Assembly: GCA_963825055.1 (NCBI GenBank)
Contig: CAWGSK010000034.1
Location: forward strand, 96,001-160,000
Origin: an uncultured Gemmatimonadales bacterium
Lineage (GTDB): Bacteria > Gemmatimonadota > Gemmatimonadetes > Gemmatimonadales > GWC2-71-9
Direction: 5' to 3'
DNA length: 64,000 nucleotides
Shown: in pieces, positions 31,799 through 45,332 of the stretch
How positions within the stretch are numbered: the stretch's first letter is position 1
How the letters are laid out: every line of letters starts with the position of its first letter
The notes under the pieces: generated by a model
What the model saw: the letters and a program-made list of their open reading frames with translations, nothing else
Told to the model about the DNA's origin: nothing
The model's database searches: none
Position numbers and translations under genes: made by a program

Positions 31799-32584
31799 AT
31801 GGCCGCCGTCGCCGCCCTCCTCGACCGGCCCGCCCCGCTGACCGCACTCAGGCGCGCGCTGTCCCGCGCCGGCCTGCGCCTCGTTCCCTGCCGCAACACC
31901 GACGCCCTCGAGCGGATGCTGCACCAGCGCCTGGTCGAGGCGATCATCACCGACCCGCCGCCGCTGACCGGGCCGCTGGCGGCCCTGCTCGGACGTTTCC
32001 CCGCCATCCCCGTCATTGCCTCCGCGCCGTTCCGCCCCGCCGACGGCGCCGTCCTGCTGGACTGCCACCGGCGCGGCATGGCCGGCGTGCTGGTGGAAGG
32101 CGTGGATGATGCCGTGGCGGGGGAACTGGTGCGGAGGGTGTCGTTGCGCGGCAACCTCGAGCGCGCGCTGGCGGACGGCCCACGGGTGCTCCGGCTCCGC
32201 GACCCCCTGCAGCGGCGCGTGTGGGAACTCCTGCTCGCCGGCGTCGAGCGTCCCTCCGCCACCGCCACCCTCGCCCGCAGCCTCGGCATCACCCGGGAAC
32301 ACCTCTCCCGCCAGTTCGGTGCCGGTGGCGCGCCCAATCTCAAGCGGGTCGCCGACCTCGTCCGGGTCGCCGCCGCCGCCCTCCTCCTGGCCAACCCGGG
32401 ATATACGCGCACTGACACGGCACAGATCCTCGGCTTCTCGTCAGCCAGTCACCTGAGCGCGACCGCCCGCCGCGTGTCGGGACTGCAGGCCGACACGCTT
32501 GGCGCCGCGGGCCCGCGTGCGGTGCTGCAGGCGTTCGTGAGGGGACGGATGAGGAGCAGGGGGCGTAAGTCGTTGAGTCGGTAA
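31799..32584 (+). CDS. AraC-type HTH regulator with receiver-like N-terminal domain
   Basis: LARSLGITREHLSRQF and TAQILGFSSASHLS helix-turn-helix pair. Confidence 0.7.
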   Translation: MAAVAALLDRPAPLTALRRALSRAGLRLVPCRNTDALERMLHQRLVEAIITDPPPLTGPLAALLGRFPAIPVIASAPFRPADGAVLLDCHRRGMAGVLVEGVDDAVAGELVRRVSLRGNLERALADGPRVLRLRDPLQRRVWELLLAGVERPSATATLARSLGITREHLSRQFGAGGAPNLKRVADLVRVAAAALLLANPGYTRTDTAQILGFSSASHLSATARRVSGLQADTLGAAGPRAVLQAFVRGRMRSRGRKSLSR

Positions 32585-32635
32585 GTCGCATCACCTGCTC
32601 GACGACTCAACCACTCAACCACTCAACTCAACCAT
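32565..32635. repeat. Octamer repeats (GTTGAGTC-like, inverted against CGACTCAA/CCACTCAA) between convergent genes
   Basis: Read directly. Confidence 0.7.
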
Positions 32636-34414
32636 TCACCCGCTCTCCAGCTCCCTCTCATACACCGCAAAAATGTCCTGCCTCCCGATGATCCCGACCA
32701 GCCGGCGCGGGTCCATGGAATCGAGCACGGGTATGATCTGCGCATCGCGCGCGCCGAGTCGCTTGAGGGCGGTGAGGAGGTCATCGTCCAGCGTGACGCC
32801 TTCGAGAGCCGCGCTGGCGAGCTCGCGCATGAGGGTCTGCTGGCTCGCGGCGCTCTCGCTCAGCGCCTTTTTCATGTCGGACCAGGTGAAGATGCCCACC
32901 AGGTGCTGCTCGCCGTCCACGACGGGAAACTCGAGCTGCGCACTCTGGCGCAGGATCGGCAGCGCGCGTTCCAGTGTGTGCATGGCCGACGCGGTGACAG
33001 GATCGCTCCGGTACGCGTCGGCGACGGTCAACCGGCGCAGCACCGCCTCGTCGGTCCCATGGCTGATCCGCTCGCCCCGGCGGGCCAGCCATTCCGAGTA
33101 GATCGACTCCGGGTAGATACGCCGGGATACCACGTAGGCGAGACTGCCGGCCAGCAGGAGCGGCAGGATGAGGCCGTAATCGTTGGTCAGCTCGAGGACG
33201 ATGAAGATCGCGGTGAGCGGGGCGTGGGCCGAGCCGGCGACGACCGACGTCATGCCGACCAGCGCGAACGCCACCGGCTGGATCTGCGCGTCGGGGAACA
33301 GGGCGGCGAGCGCCACCCCGATGGCACCGCCGAACGTACCGCCCACCACGATGGCCGGTGTGAAGACGCCCCCGATGCCCCCGGCGCCCAGCGTCAGCGC
33401 GGTGGCGAGGATCTTGGCGAGGGACAGCGCCAGGAGGACCCCCGCCGTCTGGGTCAGGACCAGGCCCAGCCGGAGCGTCTGGTGACCGTGGCCCCACAGA
33501 CTCGGGTCGAAGAAGGCGCTCATGGCGCCCACCAGCGCCGCCGCGGCGAGGAGCCGGGCCCATCGCGGGAACCGGTTCATGAAGTCGCCGATGCGCCAGA
33601 CACCGCGGCTGTAGATCACGCTGACCAGCCCGCCGAGCAATCCGACGAGGGCATACAACATGAGGTCGCTGTTGGTCCGGATGCCGTATTCGGTCGGGAT
33701 CTGGACGACCTGGTCCGCTCCGAGAAGGTTGCGTGTCACGGCCGCCGCGGAGACCGACGCCACCACCACCGCCGCGAGCGATGACGTCCGGAAGTTCCCG
33801 AGGATCTTTTCCATGGCGAAGAAAATCCCGGCAATCGGCGCCCCGAAGGCACCCGAGATACCGGCGGCCGCACCGCACCCCACCAGGAGACGGAGCCGGT
33901 TCGGACGGAAATTGAACCACTGGCCGGTGACGCTGCCCATGCCGGCCCCGAGCACCGCGACAGGACCCTCGGCGCCCACCGAGCCGCCGGCGGCGATGGT
34001 GATGGCCGCGGCGATGGTCTTCACCGCCACGGGCCAGGCCTTCAGGACGCCGCCGCGCCGCGCGACGGCGTGCATGACGTCCGAGATATTCTCGCCCGGC
34101 GAATCGTGCGCCCCGAAATGGACGAGAACCCGCACCAGCACCAGACCCAGGACGAGTGCCAGTCCCAGGACGACCGGCTGCGGCATCCGGAGCGAGACGC
34201 TGAGCCCGACCACGATCCGGGTAACGAGGTCGATCAGGCGGTAGAATCCGACAATCGAGAGGCCCGCCAGTAGTCCTACGAGGCCGGCGATGAAGAGCAG
34301 GAGGGTATGTTCGCCCACGCCAAGGCGCATGAGCAACTGGATGACTCGGTCGCTCAGGGTGCGGACCTGGGTGGGCACTGCCATGGCAGCAGTACGGAAA
34401 TCTATGCGGTTCAT
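32636..34414 (-). CDS. ClC chloride channel / H+:Cl- antiporter with CBS domains
   Basis: GGSVGAEGP, FGAPIAG, GGVFTP, HAPLTA, SIY and C-terminal CBS pair. Confidence 0.9.
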   Translation of the reverse strand: MNRIDFRTAAMAVPTQVRTLSDRVIQLLMRLGVGEHTLLLFIAGLVGLLAGLSIVGFYRLIDLVTRIVVGLSVSLRMPQPVVLGLALVLGLVLVRVLVHFGAHDSPGENISDVMHAVARRGGVLKAWPVAVKTIAAAITIAAGGSVGAEGPVAVLGAGMGSVTGQWFNFRPNRLRLLVGCGAAAGISGAFGAPIAGIFFAMEKILGNFRTSSLAAVVVASVSAAAVTRNLLGADQVVQIPTEYGIRTNSDLMLYALVGLLGGLVSVIYSRGVWRIGDFMNRFPRWARLLAAAALVGAMSAFFDPSLWGHGHQTLRLGLVLTQTAGVLLALSLAKILATALTLGAGGIGGVFTPAIVVGGTFGGAIGVALAALFPDAQIQPVAFALVGMTSVVAGSAHAPLTAIFIVLELTNDYGLILPLLLAGSLAYVVSRRIYPESIYSEWLARRGERISHGTDEAVLRRLTVADAYRSDPVTASAMHTLERALPILRQSAQLEFPVVDGEQHLVGIFTWSDMKKALSESAASQQTLMRELASAALEGVTLDDDLLTALKRLGARDAQIIPVLDSMDPRRLVGIIGRQDIFAVYERELESG

Positions 34415-34529
34415 TGGTTTAGGCAGCCGGAGCGTTACGGAGTCGCGGGGCCGCAGGGCATGGGGACTCCGCGACTTCTCGGGGTCTGGACCTCTCGACC
34501 TCCCGCTCGCCTGCGGGCGGGAGAGTGTG

Positions 34530-34564
34530 TTGCGCGCGGCCGGGGATTGTGATAATTTTCACAA
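34530..34564 (+). promoter_or_regulatory. atpA promoter (TTGCGC-N17-TAATTT) overlapped by palindrome TTGTGATAATTTTCACAA (Rex/CRP-type)
   Basis: 18-bp palindrome at 34547-34564, one mismatch from the Rex consensus TTGTGAA-N4-TTCACAA. Confidence 0.6.
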
Positions 34565-34607
34565 GCTATAACCTAAAACGGTCTTCCCTGTCACGGTAAT
34601 CACACAC

Positions 34608-38760
<4,153 letters not shown>

Positions 38761-38771
<11 letters not shown>

Positions 38772-39363
38772 TGCCGTTCTCGCCCTCATTCTGGGCACCC
38801 TCGCCGCCGCGCCAGCCGCGGCCCAGACCACCGGTACCCCCATCTTCCTGGCGCCGTACATGGCCGGGCAGCGCTCCGAGCTCTCCGCCTACGTGACGGA
38901 CCCGGGTTCCGGCTTCACGGTCGAGGGGATGTACCGCCTGAACCAGGGGTCGTACGACCTCGGCTTCCGCGCCGGCATCGGCGACTCCGACCCGGGCCCG
39001 ACCGTGTTCCTGGTGGGAATGGACTTCCGGACCACCGTCGTCCGCGCAACCGAGAGCTTTCCCCTCGACGGCGCGCTCACCGTGGGTCTGGGGGCGCAGT
39101 TCTCAGACGGGAACAGCATCGGGTTCGTCCCGGTGGGCATCAGCCTGGGCCGTGAGGTCCAGGTGGAAGGCAGCCACACCAGCTTCACCCCGTACGTCCA
39201 CCCGGTCCTGACGCCGACCTTTGGCGACGGCCCTGACGACGTGGAGTTTGGCCTCGGCCTGGGCGTGAATATCAAGTTCACGCCACGCTTCGAGGTTCGC
39301 GTGGCCGGCGGTATCGGCGACCTGCCCGAAGGCGTGAGCGTCGGGATGGCCTTCCTGTACTAG
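38761..39363 (+). CDS. Hypothetical secreted beta-barrel protein
   Basis: Signal peptide, alternating beta pattern; overlaps atpC. Confidence 0.65.
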
Positions 39364-39383
39364 GCCTGACCCATAAACGCCAC

Positions 39384-39417
39384 GAGGGGCGCACCGCGGT
39401 GCGCCCCTCTGTGCTTT
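39384..39417 (+). terminator. Probable terminator of the atp transcript
   Basis: Stem GAGGGGCGCAC-CGCG-GTGCGCCCCTC then TGTGCTTT. Confidence 0.65.
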
Positions 39418-39528
39418 CGAGCCCTGTCGGCTTCGTTGACGCCCCGGGGACCCGCAAGTAGCTTCCCCCGCGACCCGGCCCCCGCGCCGGGCATCACCAC
39501 TGATGGATCATCCTGTGGAGGCAACATC

Positions 39529-40173
39529 ATGAGGAAGATGCTGGCCCTCGCGGCCGCGCTGACGCTCGCCGCCGGCACCCCGCTCGCGGCCCAGAACCTC
39601 GGCCTGCCCGTGGACAACAGCGGCGTGGGTGGTGGGCTCACCCTCGCCGCCACCGTTGGTTTCCCCAATGAGGATGCGGGGAAGGGCACGGCGTTCGGGC
39701 TCACGGGCAAGCTCGGGCTCGGGCCGCTCGGCGTGACCGCCACCGCCTCCACCTGGAACCCGGACGCGTTCAGCGACAAGGTGAACAGCATTGGTGGCAC
39801 CGCCAACCTCAAGATCTTCGGCGGCCCGCTGATCCCGCTCTCGGTCACGCTGCAGGGCGGGGGAGCCTTCGCCAGCGTCAATGGGACCGACCTCGTGCAC
39901 GTGCCCGTGGGAGTCGGCTTCGCGCTCCGCATCCCGAACCCGGCCATCAGCATCAAGCCGTGGGTTGCGCCCCGCCTGGACTACGTGAAGGCCTCGGGCA
40001 ACGGGAACGACTCGGACGAGACGAACTTCGGCTTCAGCGCCGGCGTCGACCTGAACCTGCTTTCCGGGCTCGGATTTCACGCGGCATACGACTATGTCAA
40101 GGCGGACAACGACCTCACGCCGTCCATCTTCTCCGTCGGCGCACATTACGCGCTGCGGATTCCCGGCCTTTGA
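39529..40173 (+). CDS. Outer-membrane beta-barrel protein
   Basis: Promoter TTGACG-N17-TAGCTT at 39436-39464, GGAGG RBS, signal peptide, beta pattern. Confidence 0.7.
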   Translation: MRKMLALAAALTLAAGTPLAAQNLGLPVDNSGVGGGLTLAATVGFPNEDAGKGTAFGLTGKLGLGPLGVTATASTWNPDAFSDKVNSIGGTANLKIFGGPLIPLSVTLQGGGAFASVNGTDLVHVPVGVGFALRIPNPAISIKPWVAPRLDYVKASGNGNDSDETNFGFSAGVDLNLLSGLGFHAAYDYVKADNDLTPSIFSVGAHYALRIPGL

Positions 40174-40553
40174 GCGCCGGAGCCCTCCGGCGGGCGGCAC
40201 GGCAGCTCGTCGCCGTCGTGCCGCTGGTCCTGGCGCTTACCGGGTGCGCCACCACCATCGACGCGTCACTGCTCGGGGTGCCGGCTACGCTGTCCTCGCC
40301 GGATGCCCAACCCGCCCAGGGAGAGCATTTCGAGATCACGAAGAAGGCGGTCTTTGCCTTCTGGGGCCTCATACCGCTCTCGAAGCCGGATGCGCGGAAG
40401 ATCCTGGCGAGCCAGCTGGTGGGGGGGCAGTCGATTGCGGATGTGAAGGTGCGAATCCGGAGCCGGTGGACGGACATCCTGCTCACGGGCCTCACGCTGG
40501 GTATCCTGGCCCCGCGGTCGGTGACGTATGAAGGTACGGTGGTCGGGCCGTAA
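40170..40553 (+). CDS. Small lipoprotein (Bor/Iss-like)
   Basis: Lipobox LTGC; FWGL..TLGILAPRSVTY pattern; overlaps the previous stop codon. Confidence 0.55.
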   Translation: MSAGALRRAARQLVAVVPLVLALTGCATTIDASLLGVPATLSSPDAQPAQGEHFEITKKAVFAFWGLIPLSKPDARKILASQLVGGQSIADVKVRIRSRWTDILLTGLTLGILAPRSVTYEGTVVGP

Positions 40554-40555
40554 GC

Positions 40556-40631
40556 GGTCGAAGGTCAAAGGTCAAAGGTCGAAGGGTCCATGAGAGTGCC
40601 TTCGACCTTTGACCTTTCACCCTCGACCCGT
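40556..40631. repeat. Inverted pair of heptamer arrays (AAGGTCG/AAGGTCA against reverse complement) between convergent genes
   Basis: GGTCGAAGGTCAAAGGTCAAAGGTCGAAGG ... CCTTCGACCTTTGACCTTTCACCCTCGACC. Confidence 0.85.
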
Positions 40632-40639
40632 TCGGCCCC

Positions 40640-41503
40640 CTACATCCGCGTGCCCCGCCCCAGCACCGTGTCGTCCTGGTCCCGGAAGACAAAGCCAGTG
40701 GCCTTCCCCTCCGACACGTCGAACTCCAGGACGATATCGTTCATGACGTCGAACAGGGCACCGTTCTCCACCGTGGCCGGATAGAACCAGTTCTCATCGA
40801 CATGGATCAACCACATGTGACCGAGCTCGGGCCACGGTGGACCGTCCCAGTCGACCTGAAGCCGGTCGTCCGCGTGATAGATCCGGAAGTGTGAGGTGCG
40901 GGTCGTGTCACGACTGCCGCGCATCTTGTACATGCCCAAGAACGGCGCGGCGCCCTCGGCGGTGACGGTGCTGGGACGGGACTCGGGCACCTTGATCTCG
41001 ATGGGCACCTTCCGGTCAGACCAGTCCATGACGAGTGTCATGCCGTCGGAGCGCACGACGGGGAACGACCACGTCAGGACTTCCGTTGCCGGCGCGTTCC
41101 GGACGTTGAGCGGGTAGCGGATCTGCTCCGGGCGTTCCTCTGGCGGATCGGTGTGAAACCGCCGCGCATCGGGATCGAGGACCATGGTCCACGCGTCCTG
41201 GTTCACCACGATCCACATCGAGTATTTCCCCGCTGGAACCGCGTGACCGTCAAGCGTGATGTCATGGTTCGTCTCGAGGGTCGTGGCCCAGTTGGCGCCG
41301 GGCGTCCAGACCTCGCCCCAGTGCACGATGCCGCCGAAGATCTCCCGCCCCCGCATCCGGGGGCGGGAGTAGTCGACCGTGACCTTGGTGCCATCAACGG
41401 TCTGGCTGACGGACGCCTCCTCACTGGCGTGGATCTGGGCCCGCGCGGGCGCGGCAAGACCGAGCAGCAGCATGCTCACCGCCAGATGGGTGCGGAGCTT
41501 CAT
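40640..41503 (-). CDS. DUF2911 domain secreted protein
   Basis: VDYSRPRMRGREIFG..VWTPGANWAT, VPAGKYS. Confidence 0.85.
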   Translation of the reverse strand: MKLRTHLAVSMLLLGLAAPARAQIHASEEASVSQTVDGTKVTVDYSRPRMRGREIFGGIVHWGEVWTPGANWATTLETNHDITLDGHAVPAGKYSMWIVVNQDAWTMVLDPDARRFHTDPPEERPEQIRYPLNVRNAPATEVLTWSFPVVRSDGMTLVMDWSDRKVPIEIKVPESRPSTVTAEGAAPFLGMYKMRGSRDTTRTSHFRIYHADDRLQVDWDGPPWPELGHMWLIHVDENWFYPATVENGALFDVMNDIVLEFDVSEGKATGFVFRDQDDTVLGRGTRM

Positions 41504-41528
41504 GCAGGTACCTCCGTATGGGGATGAT

Positions 41529-41945
41529 TCAGCCGAATCGAACGTCAATCGCGCGACGGATCTGGTCCAGGGTGCGGCCGGCGTTGTGCAGCCGCCAGGC
41601 GAGTCGTCCCTGGCCCTGGCAGATCTCGCACATCATGGCCATGCCGCCGCTCTCGTAACAGGTCAGAAGGGAATAATACCCCGGCAGGGTGGCACAGCCG
41701 CAGTGGCACCGGATGCCGTCCACGATCTCCGGAATCTGGCGCACCCCGTCATATGCGTCGATCACGTCGGGATGGTCGCGCAGCTGCTCGGCAGTGAGCA
41801 CGCGTGTCGCATCGATGCCCGGACGCGGCTCCGGGTGGTCCGGCCCGGGGGATGCCTGCGCAAGCAGCCGCCGGGGAATGAGCAGCGCCCCGGCAAGGGC
41901 GCTGCTCACGGCAAGGAAATGCCTGCGGGAGGCGGGATCGCTCAT
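41529..41945 (-). CDS. PCYCGC-motif-like Cys-rich protein with Tat signal
   Basis: RRHFL; CHCGC..SLLTCY..CEIC. Confidence 0.75.
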   Translation of the reverse strand: MSDPASRRHFLAVSSALAGALLIPRRLLAQASPGPDHPEPRPGIDATRVLTAEQLRDHPDVIDAYDGVRQIPEIVDGIRCHCGCATLPGYYSLLTCYESGGMAMMCEICQGQGRLAWRLHNAGRTLDQIRRAIDVRFG

Positions 41946-41952
41946 TCCGGGC

Positions 41953-42879
41953 TCACTGATGGACCTTGAGGTCAGGATGGGAGCTCCGCTCGCCGGGCTT
42001 CCGCGCCCGTCCCACCACGATCGAGACATTGTCGCTTCCACCATCGTCCAGAGCGAGCTGCAGCAGGGAATGGCAGATCTGCTCGGAGGAGGTCATGGCA
42101 CGGAGCTGCTGTTCGATCATCGCGTCCGAGACGTGTTTGGTGAGCCCGTCACTGCAGAGGAGGATCACGCAACCGCGCGGCGTGATGTCGAAGCGGCTCA
42201 CCTCCGGCAGGGCCTCGCCCCCACCGATGGCGCTGGACAGCACATGGCGGAAGGGCGAGCCGGCCGCGCGTTCCGGCGGCATGGCGCCGACGTCAATCAG
42301 GTGCTGCGCCACCGTCTGGTCCCGCGTGATCTGCTGGAGGGTGCCGTCATAGTAGTAGTAGCATCGACTGTCCCCGATCTGGACCACGTAGAGATTGGGC
42401 CAGACGGCGATCCCGAGGGTCATGGTGGTGGCCATGCCCTTCGGGTCGCTGCGGGTGCTCGCCGCGGCCCTGACGGTCTCGTGGGCCTCGAGTGCGGCTT
42501 CCTTCAGCGCGGCAAAGAACTCATCCTGGGCCGCCGAACCGGCGGCATGGTAACACCGCATCGTGTTCGCGACGTAGCTCGTGATGGTCTCGGTGGTGAT
42601 GCGGCTGGCCTCGCCGCCGCCTGACCCGCTGCCCACCCCGTCCGCCACAAGCATGATCGTGGCCAGCCGCTCGCCCCGCAGCGGAAGCTCCTCCGGTATG
42701 GGGAGGCTCGTCCCATGGACCACCACCTGCTGGTGCACCGTGCACAGCATGAAGTGATCCTGGTTCTCCTTCCGGACTTTCCCCGGATGCGTGAGACCAA
42801 ACAGGTCGAGCTCGTTGTCCTTTGGTCGCTGCCCGGGCGCCTGAGTGACGCTGACGGTCTGCAGGCCGGTATTCCCCAT
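41953..42879 (-). CDS. PP2C family Ser/Thr protein phosphatase
   Basis: RKENQD, VADGVG, IGDSRCY, LCSDGL, GGSDNVS. Confidence 0.9.
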   Translation of the reverse strand: MGNTGLQTVSVTQAPGQRPKDNELDLFGLTHPGKVRKENQDHFMLCTVHQQVVVHGTSLPIPEELPLRGERLATIMLVADGVGSGSGGGEASRITTETITSYVANTMRCYHAAGSAAQDEFFAALKEAALEAHETVRAAASTRSDPKGMATTMTLGIAVWPNLYVVQIGDSRCYYYYDGTLQQITRDQTVAQHLIDVGAMPPERAAGSPFRHVLSSAIGGGEALPEVSRFDITPRGCVILLCSDGLTKHVSDAMIEQQLRAMTSSEQICHSLLQLALDDGGSDNVSIVVGRARKPGERSSHPDLKVHQ

Positions 42880-42968
42880 GGAACCTCCTCGGCGGGCCGG
42901 CGGAAATGCCGGTCCAAACCTACTCCCTTTCTAGCACGGTGCACCACTTCGTGGCAAGGGCGGAGTGG

Positions 42969-43325
42969 TCAGGCCCCCGCCTGCTCCGGAGCGCCGCCGA
43001 TCCGGCTGGCCAGGGCGCGGGCGGCCTCAGCCAGCCCGACGAGCTCCTCCCGGTCAAGGTCAACCTTGCCACTGGAGAGGTCGTCGTCCAGGAGGCGGAT
43101 CATGTCCCGGGTCCGGCGGATGCGGAATCGTTCGATGAATGCCTGGTAATCGGACGAACTCCTGGCCGAGAGGAGCGCCCAGAGGCGCAGGCGCATCTCG
43201 TCCACCGAGCTCTTGAAATCCTCCATCGCCTCGGTGGCCACCTCGCCGCGGGAAGCCCGTTCCTCGATGGCCATGAGGGTCGCATACAGCCCGGCAATCT
43301 GTTCACTGAAATCCTTGTGGGTCAT
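42969..43325 (-). CDS. Hypothetical helical protein
   Basis: GGAG RBS and genome-typical codon usage; no recognisable motif. Confidence 0.6.
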   Translation of the reverse strand: MTHKDFSEQIAGLYATLMAIEERASRGEVATEAMEDFKSSVDEMRLRLWALLSARSSSDYQAFIERFRIRRTRDMIRLLDDDLSSGKVDLDREELVGLAEAARALASRIGGAPEQAGA

Positions 43326-43483
43326 GGCGTTCTCCGTAAAACCGGCGGGGTGGAGGGACGGGCACCCGCGCAGTGCTGGCGTGGGTGGTCCACTCATGGA
43401 TATCTTGGAATGCAGGGCCGCACAACCTGATCCCGGTCCCCTGCTTCCCCGTACAGCGATTTGTTCATCCTTCCGGGATTCTC

Positions 43484-44956
43484 ATGCGACGGTCCGTCCG
43501 CTGGAGCCTTGCCATCGCTGCCGCCTTTGCCGGCGGCTTTCTCATGCTGTCCATTCCCAGCCTCGAGTCGGACCCCCCACCGGCTCCTCCGCATGGTGGC
43601 CCGTTCGCCTGGAACCGGGACCAGCTCTGGGACTCGCTCGAGGTGCGCTACCGCGCCGCCAGGTCCGCGGGATGCGACGTGACCGGGCCGGCGGCAGACA
43701 GGGCACTCTCCCGGCTGGCAGGGGTGGTCGCCCGCCTGGGCGAGGCTCCCGCAGGGCCGGACTCTCCCTCTCTCGACACGCTTGAAGCCGCCCTGTTCGC
43801 ATCCGCGCCGCTGGTGTCGGCCTGTCCGGGGCGGCTGCAGGAGTATGTCAGGCTCCAGGAGTTGTCGCGCGCGGCCGTGAAGCGGCAGTCTCGCGGCTGG
43901 AACATGGCCCTCCCCCCGGCGCGAGTCCGCGTCTACCGGGCGCTCTATGGGTCCCGTGCCGCCGTGGAAGAGGCCATGCTGCAGCACCCGGACCGGATCG
44001 CCCCGCTGCTCCGCGGGACTGACGAACCCTCCACGACCCCGTCAGCCATGGTGGAAGGGGTCACCATCCACTCGGGGGATATCCTCGTCTCCCGGGGTGG
44101 ATACCCGACGTCCGCGCTGATCGCGCGGGGGAACGACTACCCCGGAAACTTCTCCCATGTGGGCCTGGTCCACGTGGACAGTGCCGGAACGGTGTCGGTC
44201 ATCGAGGCCCACATCGAGCGGGGCGTCGCCGTTGCGACCGCTGAAGAGTACCTGCGTGACCGGAAGCTCCGGCTGATGGTGCTCCGGGTTCGCGCCGACC
44301 TGCCGGCCATCGTCGCCGACCCGATGCTGCCGCATCGAGCCGCTGCCGGCATGCTCGCCCGCGCCCGCGCCTCGACCATCCCGTACGACTTCGCCATGGA
44401 CTACACCGACCCGGGCCGGTTGTTCTGCTCGGAGGTCGCCTCGAGCGCGTATCATGAGCACGGCATCACCCTGTGGACCGGCCTGTCCACCATCTCGGCG
44501 GAAGGTCTCCGCCGGTGGCTGGGCGCGTTCGGCGTCAGCCACTTCGAGACGCAGGAACCCTCGGACCTGGAGTACGATCCGCAACTGGTGGTGGTGGCGG
44601 AGTGGCGCGGGGCCGCTTCGCTGCGACAGGATCACATCGACAATGCGGTGATCGATGCCATGCTGGAAGGCGCCGAACGGGGAGACCGCCTGGGCTATCC
44701 ATGGTACAGCCTGCCGGCTGGTCGGGTGCTCAAGCTCTGGAGCGTGGCGATGGGGTGGGTCGGGCGGACGGGACCCGTTCCGGCCGGGATGTCAGCGGAG
44801 GCGGCCCTGCGCAACCGCTACTTCTCCGAACGGGAGCGCTCGCTCGCCGCGAAGGTGGCCGCCGCCGCGGACTCGGCGGCGGCCGCCGACGGCTACATGC
44901 CGCCGTACTGGACACTGCTGGCTCTTGCCCGGCGCGCCATGGCGGAAGATGGGTGA
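43484..44956 (+). CDS. YiiX/YebB-like permuted NlpC/P60 cysteine hydrolase, membrane-anchored
   Basis: SGDILVSRG, FSHVG, VIEAH, PYDF, LFCSEV (His precedes Cys). Confidence 0.8.
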   Translation: MRRSVRWSLAIAAAFAGGFLMLSIPSLESDPPPAPPHGGPFAWNRDQLWDSLEVRYRAARSAGCDVTGPAADRALSRLAGVVARLGEAPAGPDSPSLDTLEAALFASAPLVSACPGRLQEYVRLQELSRAAVKRQSRGWNMALPPARVRVYRALYGSRAAVEEAMLQHPDRIAPLLRGTDEPSTTPSAMVEGVTIHSGDILVSRGGYPTSALIARGNDYPGNFSHVGLVHVDSAGTVSVIEAHIERGVAVATAEEYLRDRKLRLMVLRVRADLPAIVADPMLPHRAAAGMLARARASTIPYDFAMDYTDPGRLFCSEVASSAYHEHGITLWTGLSTISAEGLRRWLGAFGVSHFETQEPSDLEYDPQLVVVAEWRGAASLRQDHIDNAVIDAMLEGAERGDRLGYPWYSLPAGRVLKLWSVAMGWVGRTGPVPAGMSAEAALRNRYFSERERSLAAKVAAAADSAAAADGYMPPYWTLLALARRAMAEDG

Positions 44957-44960
44957 CCAT

Positions 44961-45230
44961 TCAGGACGGCTCGCGGTCCTCCCTCCTCCCTGACGAGATC
45001 AGCCGTTCCGTAAAGTCCATCCGCTCCCCGATCTCCGCAACCTCCTCCCGAGCGCCCGCCACCTGTTCGCGAATGGCGTCCAACTCCTCCCCCAGGCGGT
45101 CCATGTCGCGCATGCCGGCCTCCAGCCGGCGGATGCGCTGGAACATGGACATTCCGATCCCTACCATGACGCTGGAACCGGTCACGGCGGCGAGGAGGAC
45201 CAGGAGTTGCACCAGCGGATCGAAGGACAT
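44961..45230 (-). CDS. Small membrane-anchored coiled-coil protein
   Basis: TM helix then EIGERMDFTERL coiled coil. Confidence 0.65.
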   Translation of the reverse strand: MSFDPLVQLLVLLAAVTGSSVMVGIGMSMFQRIRRLEAGMRDMDRLGEELDAIREQVAGAREEVAEIGERMDFTERLISSGRREDREPS

Positions 45231-45332
45231 GGGTCTTTCCCGGTGAGAGGTCGCGTAGGCCGGTCGCAGCAGCCTGGCGAATCAAACATCGGGAGTCTAT
45301 ATCCCCGCAAGTGAGAGACGTGGCCGGTCTCC

